Source of the DNA: Torpedo marmorata
Taxonomy: Eukaryota
DNA: 64,000 nt
Reading direction: 5' to 3'
NCBI GenBank assembly: GCA_977017645.1
Contig: OZ360226.1
Location: 123,566,001-123,630,000 of the forward strand
Part shown: positions 25,161-37,498 of the stretch, one piece after another
How the letters are laid out: each line of letters opens with the position of its first letter
Numbering within the stretch: position 1 is the stretch's first letter
Program-made: the position numbers and the translations under genes
The notes under the pieces: generated by a model
What the model was told of the DNA's origin: nothing
The model's input: the letters and a program-made list of their open reading frames with translations, nothing else
The model's database searches: none

Positions 25161-26136
25161 CAGCGTTGGAGCTGCTTCTTTTTACGTTGTATATAAATGA
25201 TTTGGATAATGGAATAGATAGCTTTGTGGCTAAATTTGCAGTTGACACCAAAATAGGTGGTAGAGCTGGTGGTGCTGAGGACACGGAAAGGCTGCAGAGA
25301 GACTTGGATAGATTAGGAGAATGGGCAAAGAGATGGCAGATGAAATACAATGTTGGGAAGTGTACAGTCATACACTTTGCTACAAGAAATAGACAGGCAG
25401 ACTATTATTTAGATGGGGAAAAAATTCAAAATGCGGAGATGCAAAGAGACTTGGGAGTCCTCGTGCAGGATACCCTAAAGGTTAACCTCCAGGTTGAGTC
25501 GGCAGTGAAGAAAGTGAATACAATGTTGGCATTCATTTCCAGAGGAAGAGCATACAAGAGCAGGGATGTAATGATGAGACTCTATAGGGTGCTGTTGAGA
25601 CCTCACTTGGAGTACTGTGTACAGTTTTGGGCGCCTTGTTTGACAAAGGATGTGCTAGAATTGGCGAGGGTTCAGAGAAGATTTACGAGAATGAAACCAG
25701 GAATTAAAGGGTTAGCATATGAGGAGAGTTTGTCGCCTCTTGGACTGTACTCATTGGAGTACAGAAGGATGAGGGGGGACCTCACAGAGACATTTCGAAT
25801 GCTGGACAGAGTAGATGTGACAAAGTTGTTTCCCATATAGGGGAGTCTAGGACAAGAGGCTACAATTTCAGGATAAAAGGGCGTCAATTTAAAATAGAAA
25901 TGCGGAGAAATTTCTTTAGCCAGAGGGTTGTGAGTCTGTGGAACTTGTTGCCAGTGGAAGCGAGGTCGTTGGGTGTATTTAAAACAGAAATTGACAGGTA
26001 TTTGATTAGTCAGGGCATCAAGGGTTACGGGGAGAAGGCCAGGGAGTGGGGCTGAGTGATAATGATCAGCTCATGATTAAATGGCAGAGAAGACTAGATG
26101 GGCCGATTGGCCTACATCTGCTCTTGTATCTTGTGA
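25161..26136 (+). mobile_element. CR1 LINE 3' fragment inserted in the PLE hammerhead
   Basis: ORF 25166-25840 (LFTLYINDLD...KFAVDTKIGG...RPHLEYCVQFW), CR1 tail; flanked by gttt (25157-25160 and 26137-26140), a possible short TSD. Confidence 0.85.
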
Positions 26137-26704
26137 GTTTTGGGCCTGGGCCCTTCATCGAGGTATGAGCAAAAAAGAGGCAGGTGTCTTAATAAAAAGG
26201 TGGGTGGAGAAGAAGGGGCAGGGGGAGGACCACAGGCTAACAGGTAAGAGGTGGATACAGGTGGGAGGTTAGAAGAAATAAAAGCTGAGAAGTGATAGGG
26301 GAAGAGGGTAATTCTCTGAATGGAGAGAGAAGGGAGTGGGGAGCTGGAGGAAAGGAGATTGAGGGATATGGAAGAGAGACTCAGGCGAGGAGTTTAATGG
26401 AAACTGGAGAAGTTGATGTTAATGCCGTCTGGTTGGAGAGAGCCCATACAGAATATTAGGTGTTGTTCCTCCGATTTGCGGATAGCCTCGGTTTGGCAGT
26501 GCATGAGACCACGGTCAGACATGTGGGAATGCTGTGTGGAATTAAAATCATTGGCTTCTGGGAAGTCCTTGTTATTGTAGTGGACAGAGCAAAGGTGCTC
26601 AATGAAACGATCTCCCAGTCTGCATCCAGTCTCTCTGATGTAGAGAAGGCCACAACAGGAGCACCGGATGCAGTACATGACCCCTGTTGCTTCACTTGCA
26701 AGGA

Positions 26705-28702
26705 ATGTTGATGAAGGAAAGGCTGTGGATGTTGTCTACATGGACTTTAGTAAGGCCTTTGACAAGGTGCAGTCACTAACGGACTGGTGCAGAGCCAACA
26801 ACCTGCATCTGGATGTTAATAAAACAAAAGAGATGGTTGTAGACTTCAGGAGGGCCTGGGGGGATCACTCTCCGCTGACCAATGACGGCTCTACCGTTGA
26901 GGTCGTCAAGAGTACCAAGTTTCTTGGTGTGCACTTGGCGGAGAATCTCACCCGGTCCCTCAACACCAGCTCCATAGCCAAGAAAGCCCAGTAGCATCTC
27001 TACTTCCTGCGAACGCTGAGGAAAGTTCATCTCCCACCCTCCATCCTCACTACATTCTACAGAGGATGTATTTAGAGCATTCTGAGCTATTGCATCACCA
27101 CCTGGTTTGGAAACTGTACCATCTCAGACTGTAAGACCCTGCAGAGGATAGTGGAGTCAGCGGAGAAGATCATTGGGGTCTCTCTTCCTACCATGACGGA
27201 CATCTACAACACACGATGCATGCAGAAGGCAAATAATATTGTGAAGGTCTTCACACACCCCTCTTGTAAACTTTTCTCCCTTCTGCCATCTGGAAGGCGG
27301 TATCGTAGCATTCGGGCCCACACGTCCAGATTGTGCAACAGTTTTTTCCCCCAAACCATCAGGCTCCTCAATTCCTAGAACATATGTGTACTAGTATATC
27401 ATGGATTTTCATTGTATTATGACTTAATATTTAACTCCTATTTATGTAAATCTGTTCCATGGTTCGGAGAAACACTATCTCGTCTTTACCGTGCACTGCA
27501 TTTGTAGTTATGGTATGAACGACAAATAAAGGAGACTTGACTTACGGTAACTTGAAGGTCCCACATGGGAGTTTAGTCAGGAAGGTTCAGACACTCGGTA
27601 TTCATGGAGAAATAGTAAACTGGATTCGAAAATGGCTGGACGGGAGAAGGCAGAGAGTAGTGGTGGATGATTGCTTCTCAGACTGGAGACTTGTGACTAG
27701 TGGTGTGCCTCAGGGATCGGTGCTGGGACCATTGTTGTTTTGTCATTAATATCAATGACCTGCGTGATAATGTGGTAAATTGGATCATCAAGTTTGCAGA
27801 TGACATTAAGATTGGAGGCAGCGAAGAAGGTTTTCAAAGCTTGCAAAGGGATCTGGACCAGCTGGAAAAATGGGCTGAAAAATGGCAGATGGAATTTAAT
27901 GCAGACAAGTGTGAGGTGTTGCATTTTGGAAGGACAAACCAAGAAAGGACATACACGGTAAATGGTAGGGCACTGAGGAGTGCGGTAGAACAGAGGGATC
28001 TGGGAATACAGATACATAATTCCCTGAAAGTGGTGTCACAGGTGGATAGGTTTGTAAAGAGAGCTTTTGGCATATTGGCCTTCATAAATCAAAGTATTGA
28101 GTATTGGAGTTGGGATGTTATGGTAAAGTTGTATAAGACATTGGTGAGACCAAATTTGGAGTATTGTGTGCAATTTTGGTCAGCTAACTACAGGAAAGAT
28201 ATCAATAAGATAGAAAGAGTGCAGAGAAGATTTACTAAGATGTTGCCTGGACTTCAGTAACTGAGTTACAGGGAAAGGTTAAACAGGTTAGGACTTTATT
28301 CCCTGGAGCGTAGAAGAATGAGGGGAGATTTGATAAAGATATTCAAAATTATGAGGGGGATAGGCGGAGTAAATGTAAGTAGGCTTTTTCAACTGAGGGT
28401 AGGTGAGATACAAACCAGGGGACATGAGTTAAGGGTGAAAGAGGAAATGTTTAGGGGGAATATGAGGGAGAACTTCTTCACACAGAGAGTGGTGGGAGTG
28501 TGGAACGAGCTGCCAGCTGAGGTGGTGAATGCAGGTTCAATTTTAACATTTAAGAAGAATTTGGACAGGTACATGGATGGGAGAGGTATGGAGGGCTATG
28601 GACTGGGTGCAGGTCAGTGGGACTATGCAAAAAAATGGTTTGTCACAGAGTAGAAGGGCCGAAGGGGTCTGTTTCTGTGCTGTAATGTTCTATAGGCCTA
28701 TG
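26705..28702 (+). mobile_element. CR1 LINE 3' part, itself split by Rex1 at 26769-27554
   Basis: VDEGKAVDVVYMDFSKAFDKV | VPHGSLVRKVQTLGI...VPQGSVLGP...RPNLEYCVQFW...; tail gggccgaaggggtctgtttctgtgctgtaatgttcta. Confidence 0.88.
26769..27554 (+). mobile_element. Rex1/Babar LINE 3' fragment with 5-bp TSD
   Basis: WCRANNLHLDVNKTKEMVVDFRR...; tail aataaaggagacttgactt; AAGGT duplicated at 26764-26768 and 27555-27559, restoring CR1 'FDKVPH'. Confidence 0.88.
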
Positions 28703-29599
28703 ACTGTTTGGTGCTCCGAATGGTGGTGAGGGAAGAAGTGTGGGCACAAGTGTAGCATTTCATGTGGTCACAGAGGTGTGTACTGAGGGGGGATTAGTGG
28801 GAAGGGATGAGTGGACGAAGGAGTCCCGAACTTCATCCTGGAAGCAAATGCGACAGAGGTGGAGGAATTGAGAGAAAGGACTGGAGTCCTTGCAGGAGAC
28901 AGGGCGTAAAGAGGTGTAGTCGAGGTAACTGTGGGAGTTGGTAGGTTTGTAGAAAATATCTGCAGAATTTGTATCCCGAAATGAAGACAGAGAGATCGAG
29001 AAGGGGGAGAGTGTTGCCAGAGATGCGACAAGTGAACCTGAGGTTGGGGTGAAAGTTAGCAGCACTTTGGTTAAAGTTGACAAGCTCATGGGTGCATGAG
29101 GCAGCACCAAAGTAGTTGTCGATGTAGTGGAGGAAGATCTGAGGAGCCTTGCCTGTGTAGGCTTGTAGCATGGATTGCTCCACATAGCCAACAAAAAGGC
29201 AAGCATAGCTTGGAGCCATGCGGGTACCCATGATTACCCCTTTGACTTGGAGAAAGTGGGATGAGCTAAAGGAAAAGTTATTGAGGGTGATAACAAGTTC
29301 TGACAGGCAGAGGAGGGTGGTGGCAGAGGAGAACTGGTTGGGTTTGTTGTTGAGAAAGAAACAAAGGGCTTTGAGACCTTTAGTATGGAGGATGGAGATT
29401 GGATGTCCATTGTGAAAATGAGACAGTCGAGTCCAAGGAAGTTGTTGAAGTGATAGAGGATAGAGGGCATGTGAGGAATTGCGGATGTAGGTCGGAAGGG
29501 ACTGGACAAGGGGGAACAAAATGGAGTCGAGGTAAGATGATACCAGTTCGGTAGGGCAGGAGCACGCAGAAACAATGGGTCTACTGGGACTATGGTACG

Positions 29600-30180
29600 T
29601 GGTGGACCATGAGTTTTGTGCATGTTTCAGACGCAGATCTTCAAATATACTTTCCATAATTTACCAAAGTTTGCGCTGTTGCAGTGAAGGTGAATTTCAT
29701 CATTGATGTCTGCCTTCACTGAGAAGTGGCTGCTGAGATATGGAAAGCTATCCATGTTTTCTAAGGGCTTGCTGTGAACCCTCTCTGTCAAGCAGAAACA
29801 TAATGCAGCAGGAGCAATTTCGTAGAGAACCTTTATCTTGTGAAGGTCGGCTATAATTCCGATCCTCTTTAATGCTTCACTGAAAACATTAACAGTGACT
29901 TGGACACAGACTTTGAGCATGTGGTTCTGCAGTGTAGTTGCTATAAGATGAAAAGCTACCACTAATTCCATGCCAACAGGATGTTGTTGGAGGTGAGATA
30001 TAACATTGTAGTTGGGGGAAAGATTGTGAAATGTTGTGGCAATGATGCCGCCTGTTTGATAACAGTCTTTACTGAGAATGGTTCTGATGCAGATCCATTG
30101 GTTAATATAATAGTTTGCATGTCTTCATAAGGATACAGTCTGCTCCCAAGGCTTTGTACTATTGAATTGGGATACGGCCT
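29600..30180 (-). mobile_element. RTE-clade LINE remnant
   Basis: Minus ORFs: ILTNGSASEPFSVKTVIKQ (xTGVKQG-like) and LENMDSFPYLSSHFSVKADINDEIH...ANFGKL, typical RTE RT motifs; degenerate. Confidence 0.65.
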
Positions 30181-30619
30181 TCTCAACTTCTTGTTAATCC
30201 GGAGCAGCAAAGCAAGGATAGAAGAGAGGTTAAAATGGCCTATGAAGTACCGACTACCCTCTGTTCTTATTGAGTTCACCTCACTCCTAGCTCAAAGGGA
30301 GGACAAGGCTTTAGAAATTAGGCCAAGATTAGGGTTTTTACATCATTTAAAAATCTGCATTCCTCATGGCTGTGGGCAAATTGCTGAGCTTCATCTGCTC
30401 TCTCTATCCATCATTTTAGGTCATGGGTTTTATGCTGGATTTCTGCCTTCAGGTGCTGGTAAATTTATTTCTATTTTCTTGCTACTTGTCAGTGCAGGTA
30501 ATATGGACCTTTGTATCAGTGTCCAAGCAAGGGACATTAAAATTTGATAGCTGGTGATTGGATCGAGGGGGTTTCCATCAAAACTCATGTTTGCTCTCTT
30601 ATGGTTATGACCAATCAGC

Positions 30620-31522
30620 AGTCATTGAGTCACAGCCTTCCAGCATGGAAATAGGCCCACAGACCCAGTTTGTCCGCGCCAAACAATGTGCTCTCCTGCT
30701 TTAGTCCCACTTGCCCGCATTAGCCCCACACACTTCCAATCCCCTCCCATTTACGTCGTTATCCGAGCATTTCTTAAAGCAAGCTTTGTACCTGGCTCTA
30801 CCTCTTTGTCTGGAAGCTCATTCCATATGCCCACCATCCTCTCATATGACCTTTTTAAATAATAACACCATATTTGCCATCCTTCAGTCCTCCAGAACTA
30901 TCTTCAGCAATGAGTTAAAAATGTCTGTCAAGGCCCCAACAATTCCCTTCCTGCCTTCCCACAATGTTCTGGCATGCACCTGGTCTGAGCCTAGAGATTT
31001 ACCTACCTTGATATGATCAAACACTGTTAACACCTCTTCATTACTGATGCAGACATGCCTTAAGCTTTCTTTAGTTACCCCCCACCCCTCCCACTCCTGC
31101 TTATCCAGCTCCACAGTGAACACATTCACAAAATTTTCATTCAAGATCTTCCCCATCTCCTCTGACTCTACACATGGAAGCCCCTCCTGATCCTTAAGGG
31201 AACCCATTATTTCCCTCGTGACTCTTTTGTTCATAATATACATTAAATCTTTTTGGATTCTCCCTTATACTGTCTGCCAAAGCTATGCCAAACACTCTTT
31301 TAGCCCTCCTTTCTTCCATCTTCACTCTGTTCCTTCATGTCCTATATTCCTCAAGAGGTACCTTCAAACCTGTATCTGATATAAACCTTTTTCTTTCTGA
31401 CCTGTGCTTCTATAATTCTTGTTAATCAGGATTCCTTTACCTTGCCATTCCTGCCTTTTACCTGACTGGAAGCAGGTTTATTCTGGACCTTCCTTATCAC
31501 ACTCTTAAACATTTCCCATTTG
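30620..31522 (-). mobile_element. Degenerate CR1 LINE fragments
   Basis: ESEEMGKILNENFVNVFTVE...IKVGKSLGSDQVHARTLWE plus a CR1 3' tail at 30640-30840. Confidence 0.65.
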
Positions 31523-31737
31523 GCAACGTGCCGCCCAATTACACCAATTGACCTACAACTCCTGTACTGTATGTTTTGAAGGGTGAGAGGAAACCGGAGC
31601 ACCTGGAGGAAACCTACGCAGACACAGGGAGAACATACAAACTCATTACAGGCAGGACCAGATTCAAACCCGGGTCGCTGGCACTGTAACAGCATTTCGC
31701 TAATCGTGCTCCCCCTAACCGCTACGCTAACCATACC
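31523..31737 (-). mobile_element. V-SINE/HE1-like SINE
   Basis: Reverse complement of the SINE at 35597-35842 (ggttagcgtagcggttag...gggtttgaatc...gttctccctgtgtctgcgt). Confidence 0.8.
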
Positions 31738-31789
31738 ACCTGACATTTGCATCCAGTCAGCTTTGCTAACTGAAGTAAAACATGAAAAT

Positions 31790-33330
31790 CTGTAGACACA
31801 ATGGTTGAAGTAAAAAACACAAATGCTGGAGAAACTCAGCAGGTCAAACAGTGTCTTTTATGTAGCAAAGGTAGAAATACATAACTGACGTTTCGGGCTT
31901 GAGTCCTTCATCAAAGTATGAGAAAATGCCGGCAGGCGTCCGAACAAAAGAGTGAGGGTGGGAAGGGGGAGGTGGCAAAGGCAGGAGATGATAGGTGGAG
32001 AAAGGAGGGAGGGGGAAGCAGCAAAGAGGGGGAGGAGGGATGGCTGGGTGGGTGTAAAAAAACAGGAAGGACAGGTGAGGGGGGAGGGGAAGGAAAAGAC
32101 AAGCAGGTTTAGTGGAAAGCAGAAAAGTCAATGTTAATGCCATCTGGCTGGAGAGTGCCCAGACGGAAAATGAGATGTTGTTCCTCCAATTTGCGGGTAG
32201 TCTGGGTGGGATAGTACATAAGGCCATGGACATACATGTGAGTATGAGAGTGTGACTCGGAATTGAAATGGCTGGCTACTAGGAGGTCGCTGTTGTTGCG
32301 GTCAGAGAGGAGGTGCTCAGCAAAGCGATTTCCCAATCTACGACCGGTCTCTCCGACGTAGAGAAAGCCACAAAGGGAGCACCGGATGCAGTAAATAAGT
32401 TCTCTGGATGTACAAGTGAAGTGTAGTTTCACTTGAAAGGCCTGTTTGGGGCCCCAGACCGTGGTGAGGGGGGAGGTGTGGGCGCAGGTGTTGCACCTCC
32501 TGCAGGCACAGGGGAAGGTGCCGGGGGTGTGATGGGTGGGGAGGGATGAGTGCACGAGGGAATCGCGGAAATAGCGGTCCCTGCGGAAGACCGAGAGGGG
32601 AGGAGAAGGAAAAATGTGTCTGGTGGTGGGATCCTGTAGTAAGTGCCGGAAATTCCGGCGGATAATGTGTTGGATGCAGAGGCTGGTGGGGTGGTAGGTG
32701 AGGATGAGGGGGATTCTATGTTTGATGCGTCTAGGGGCAGAGGGGGCCAGGGCAGATGAGCGGGAAATGGAGGAGATGCGGGTGAGGGCTCAGTTGATGG
32801 TGGTGGAGGGGAAGCCATGTTTGTGAAAGAAGGCAGACATTTCAGAAGATCTGGACTGGAAGACCTCATCTTGGGAACAGATGCGGCAGAGATGGAGAAA
32901 TTGAGAGAAGGGGATGGAATCCTTGCAGGGGACAGGGTGTGAGGAAATGTAGTCCAGATAGTTGTGGGAGTTGGAGGGTTTGCAGTAAATGTCGGTGGAA
33001 AGCTTGTCTCCGGAGATGGAGACAGAGAGATCCAGGAAGGGGAGCGTGTTATCAGAGATGGACCAGGTGAGTTTGAGATCAGGGTGGAAGTTAGATGCGA
33101 AGTGGATGAAGTTGACAAGCTCATCGCGGGTGCATGAGGATGCCCCGATGTAGTCGTCGATATAACGGAGGTAGAGATGAGGGGTCTTGCCTGTGCAGGC
33201 TTGCAACATGGATTGCTCCACAAAGCCCACAAACAGGCAGGCGTAGCTGGGACCCATGCGGGTACCCATGGCTACTCCTTTGATTTGGAGGAAGTGGGAT
33301 GAGTTGAAGGAGAAGTTATTGAGAGTGAGG
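31790..33330 (-). mobile_element. Penelope-like element, same subfamily as 5265-6532
   Basis: RT (GVAMGTRMGPSYACLF, YLRYIDDYIG, LPFLDL), GIY-YIG (LIYCIRCSLCGFLYVGETGRRLG), near-identical UTR and tail; frameshift near 32790. Confidence 0.9.
31880..31920 (-). ncRNA. Minimal hammerhead ribozyme motif (PLE)
   Basis: Reverse complement: catact-ttgatga-a-ggac-tcaa-gccc-gaaa-cg-tc-agttatg; one stem II mismatch. Confidence 0.6.
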
Positions 33331-34069
33331 ACAACTATTGTGTGTTGGTTCTGTGTTAAAATGATACAACGGCATTCACAAACTCTACAGAATGAGTTGC
33401 TGAGATGCTGGGCTAACTCATTCATGATGGAAAAGCTTATTCTCTGAAGATGTATCCATAGTCATGTTCTTTAAATTAGATGTCTCTTGCCTGTTGTGTC
33501 TCGCTCAGTGTGGCAATATTGATATCAGAGCATCATTTAGGTCTGTCACTGTGAGGATTGTCCTTGAGAGTCTTGATATTACAGGCTTCAAACTGAATAT
33601 GGTGGACTGTAAGATGTTTCTTTTAACATGGAATAACTGTTGAACACCAGCCAGCAAAGGGGTCTAATGCCAACCCTTCCAATTATCTACTAAACACAAA
33701 GTTTTGAATTAGCTAGACCAATGCAATACTCAACCAAATATATGCCAGAGAGAATGGCAACCTCATTATAATTAGTAAATCTTCTTTAAATGGGACAATA
33801 AAAAATTTAAATATCAACTGAACTAGGAATTTTATCAGTGTCGGAAAGGTTGTGCTGAGATTAAATTTAAACATCCAAGATACCCAATTATAAAGACTTA
33901 ATTAACATTCCATAAAGATGTTCACTGCTTCAGTAACCATCTTCTCACTTGCACTAATTAAGATATTGAGAAGGTATCTATTAAATTTGGATCAAAGTTG
34001 CAACTTTACACATTTTAATCCAGACATTTTAATTGAATTGATGACTATTAAAACTAACCTTTATCCTAG

Positions 34070-34960
34070 ACGAAGGCACTGGAGGTATGGTTGCTAAATT
34101 TACTGAAGACACAATGTAGTTGTAAGAAGTTGTGAAATGGACAGAAAGAGGATGGAAAGGGATATAATATAGATTAAATGAATGGGCAACAACTATTTAG
34201 TAAGTGGAGTCGGAAGTGGGAAAATATGAAATTGTCCATTTTGGCAGGAAAAATTAAGAAGCATAGTCATCTAAATGGTGAGAGACTGTTGGGTACTGAG
34301 ATGCAGAGGGATATAGGTGTCCTATTGCATGATTCATGCAAGTTTAGTCAGCTAGCAAGCAGCAAGTAATTCGGAAAGCTAACAGAATGCAATCAAATAC
34401 AAAAATAGTGAAGGTGTGCTTCAGTTAAATAAGGCATTGATGAGAACGTTACAAGGTCGATAAGGTTCGATAGCTTAGAGTCTCGATAAAGGGTTCTGAC
34501 CCAAAACGTTGACTGACCATTTCTACCCATCGATGCTGCCTGACCCGCTGAGTTCCTCCAGCAGCTCACTGACCTGAAAGATAATTTGTCTTATGGAAAG
34601 AGTTGGACAGGCCTGGATGTACATACTGGAGAGTACAAAAGTGAGAGGCTCTTGAATAAAATATTTTTAAAATGCTGAGGGGTCTTGACATGATAGATAT
34701 TGAGAGAGTGTTTCTTTTTGTGGGAGAATCTAGAACTCAGGAGTCAGTGTTTTAAAATAAAAGGTCATTCTTTTAAGACAGAGACAAGATTAAACCTTTT
34801 ATTCAGAGGTCTGTGAAGGAAAGTGGAAGCAGAGTTAATATAGCCAAGGTGGATAAATATACAGTATGTCAATAATAAAGAATTCAAAGTTGATGTTACA
34901 ATCCTATGAATGGAGGAACAGAGTCAAAGAGCTGAGTCACTTGCTCCTGTTCTAAATTTG
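34070..34960 (+). mobile_element. Degenerate CR1 3' region interrupted by a PLE tail (34480-34570)
   Basis: gctaaatttactgaagacac (AKF.DDT), gagatgcagagggatatagg, CR1 tail ttgctcctgttc; inserted tail agtctcgataaagggttctgacccaaaacgttgactg...gatgctgcctgacccgctgagttcctccagca. Confidence 0.6.
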
Positions 34961-35596
34961 TAAATTCAAATCATGATTTATAATAGATGCTCATTATTAT
35001 TTTTTCTCACTATTCTCCTGCCATTAAATACTCTTCAATTAGAATTTATTCTAAAACAGGTTAGACAACGCCCTGGAGAAACAGAATTAGTGTTTCAGTG
35101 GATGATTCTTTGTTAGAAAGAGGAAAATGCAGATGGTAGAAATCTGAAACAAAGACTGAAAACGATGGGAAGGCCAGGCAGCAATTGTGGGGAAAGAAAT
35201 GTGGACTGGAAGGGACCACCCTGCAGAATACCTCTGTTCAGTCTGCAAGGGTGACCACGAGTTTCCGATTGATTGTCATTTTAATTCTCCATCATCCTCC
35301 CACTCCCACTCTGACCTTTGTCTTTGGCCTCTTGTGCTGTTTATTGTCTAACCGTTGGATAATGATATTATTTGTATTTTATCAAAGCAGAAACTGATCA
35401 AGAGGGAAAGTTTAACTGTGTTCAATTAGAGCCAATGTACCTCAATATCCATTTGAACAGCAAATTACATAACAACACAAACATCTACAAAATGTGCAAA
35501 CTGTTAAACTGATGATTGCAGACTTTTAATTATATCAGATCAATCAACCTTTCAGGAGGTATATCTGCATTTCTGTCCAGATATCCTAACCCAACA

Positions 35597-35842
35597 GGGC
35601 GGCACGGTTAGCGTAGCGGTTAGCGCAATGCTGTTACAGTGCCAGCGATCGGGGCCGGGGTTCAAATCCCGCGCTAAGGAGTTTCTACATTCTCCCCGTG
35701 TCTGCTTGGGTTTTCCCCGGGGGATCCGGTTTCCTACCACCCTTCAAAACCTACGGAGGTTGTAGGTCAATTGGGTGTAATTGGGCGGCACGGACTCGTG
35801 GGCCGAAAGGATCTGTTACCGTGCTGTATGTCTAAATTTTAT
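35597..35842 (+). mobile_element. V-SINE/HE1-like SINE
   Basis: gggcggcacggttagcgtagcggttagcg...ggggttcaaatcccg...ttctccccgtgtctgc...gggccgaaggatctgttaccgtgctgtatgtctaaatttt. Confidence 0.85.
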
Positions 35843-36295
35843 ATATTTTTTTAAAATAGAAAATCCTGCTATTTACAGCCAACAAATCTACATTCTATTT
35901 CCAGTAATCATGTCAGAAACTGGTGGCTGACAAATGACAGAAATGACTGTGAGAGCAATGACATTCATCTGCATTTAGTTTAGACAGGTATTGATTTCAC
36001 TTTGATTGTGACAATGAGACGCCAGTTATAGCTTAGAATAAAAGCAAATAGTTTAGGCTAACCTCGGAGTAATCTGTTCAATATTCTATTAATTTCTCCC
36101 AATATGAAAGAAACACTGCATGACAATGATCAACTACAACCAAACAACCAAAACAAACCCTTCAGATTTAAAATTGGAAAGCATAAGGGCCTCACAAGAC
36201 AACTACATTAAAAAAATTATTCAAACCACTGTAGTCATTAAGGCAGTCCTGTTACTTTAATAAAGCATTCTTTCCAAGTTAGAAAGAGAGAATGA

Positions 36296-36479
36296 ATTTA
36301 AATTAAATTTAAATTTAGACATACAGCACGGTAACAGGCTATTTCGGCCCACGAGTCCGTGCCGCCCAATTAACCTACACCCCCGGTACGTTTCGAACGG
36401 TGGGAGGAAACCCACGCAAACACGGGGAGAACATACAAACTCCTTACAGACAGCGCTAACCGCTACGCCAACTGTGCCG
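36296..36479 (-). mobile_element. V-SINE/HE1-like SINE, internally deleted
   Basis: aatttagacatacagcacggtaacagg...gggaggaaacccacgcaaacacggggagaac...accgctacgccaactgtgccg. Confidence 0.8.
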
Positions 36480-37249
36480 TGAAAGGGAAGAGTAATCAGA
36501 ATGTAAGACTGAAGAAAAGAGAGAATGCATTTACTTGGAAAAAAAATTCCAGGTTCTTGTCAACTTGCTGGCTTGAAAATTAAGAACACTGGCCAAAATG
36601 CAGGAATAAATTATCATAATCAAAAATCATTAATTAGAATTGTGTCATAAACAATACAAGGGTATTTTTGCTGTTTGATTATTATCCTGTGTCTTTCTAT
36701 GAATTTTTGATGATATTATTTCCAAAAGCTGAAAGGGCAATAATGAATCTTTGTGAGCTGTGAGCACCTCTACTTCCTCAGAGTTTGTGGAGGTTTGGTA
36801 TGACATCGGAAACCCTGGCAAATTTCTACAGGTGTGTGGTGGAAAGTGTGCTGACTGGCTGCATCATGGCCTGGTATGGGAACACCAATACCCCTGAGCG
36901 GAAAGCCCTGCAAAAGGTAGTGGACACAGCCCAGAAGATCACAGGCAAAACCTTCCCCACCATCAAGAACATCTAGAGGGAACGCTGCCGTCGGAGAGCA
37001 GCAAAAATCATCAAGGATCCACACCACCCAGCACACGCTCTGTTCTTGCTGCTATCATCTGGAAAGAGGTATAGGTGGCACAAGACTCACACCACCAGGT
37101 TCAGGAATAGCTGCTACCTCTCCACTATCAGACTCCTCAACAGACTCATTTAAGGACCCTTACTTTTGCAATTTATTGATTTTTTTTTCTCTCGGTATTG
37201 CACAGTTTGTTTACATGTCTTTATTTGTTTACATGTATACGTATCTTCT

Positions 37250-37497
37250 TGTGGTAAACCACTTTATATGTATTGTGGCCTGAGGCAGGTATGACCATGA
37301 CCTGTCTGTCTGTCCCGGTGACCCCTCCCCTTTTACCTGGAATAAAGGCCTTGAGCCCGCAACTCCTCCCCCAGTTCCGGGACAATCCAGCAGGGATCAT
37401 CAGGTCAGGTCATAGTCAGCCCTGGCTTGATTCTGCTAATAAAAGCCTGTTAATTCCTGCACTTCTAGACTCGTGTTGGTTATTGATAGGTACGTCA
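37250..37497 (+). repeat. 5' LTR of Gypsy element 1
   Basis: tgtggtaaaccac...aggtacgtca; direct repeat of 41733-41980. Confidence 0.97.
37341..37375 (+). promoter_or_regulatory. Putative LTR core promoter (TATA-like gAATAAAg plus Inr-like cAGT)
   Basis: AATAAA at 37341 and the A of cagt at 37373 (32 nt); same spacing in the divergent element 2 LTR (42544, 42576). Confidence 0.5.
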
Positions 37498-37498
37498 A

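Larger units (their letters stand above)
25115..29600 (-). mobile_element. Penelope-like element in three pieces (25115-25160, 26137-26704, 28703-29600), split by two CR1 insertions
   Basis: RT motifs (RPIVSACSCPTE, GVIMGTRMAPSYACLF, YIDNYFG) at 28833-29600; GIY-YIG (YCIRCSCCGLLYIRETG) at 26394-26678; tail with hammerhead split across 25140-25160 and 26137-26170; pieces are colinear with the copies at 31790-33330 and 58296-58480. Confidence 0.8.
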
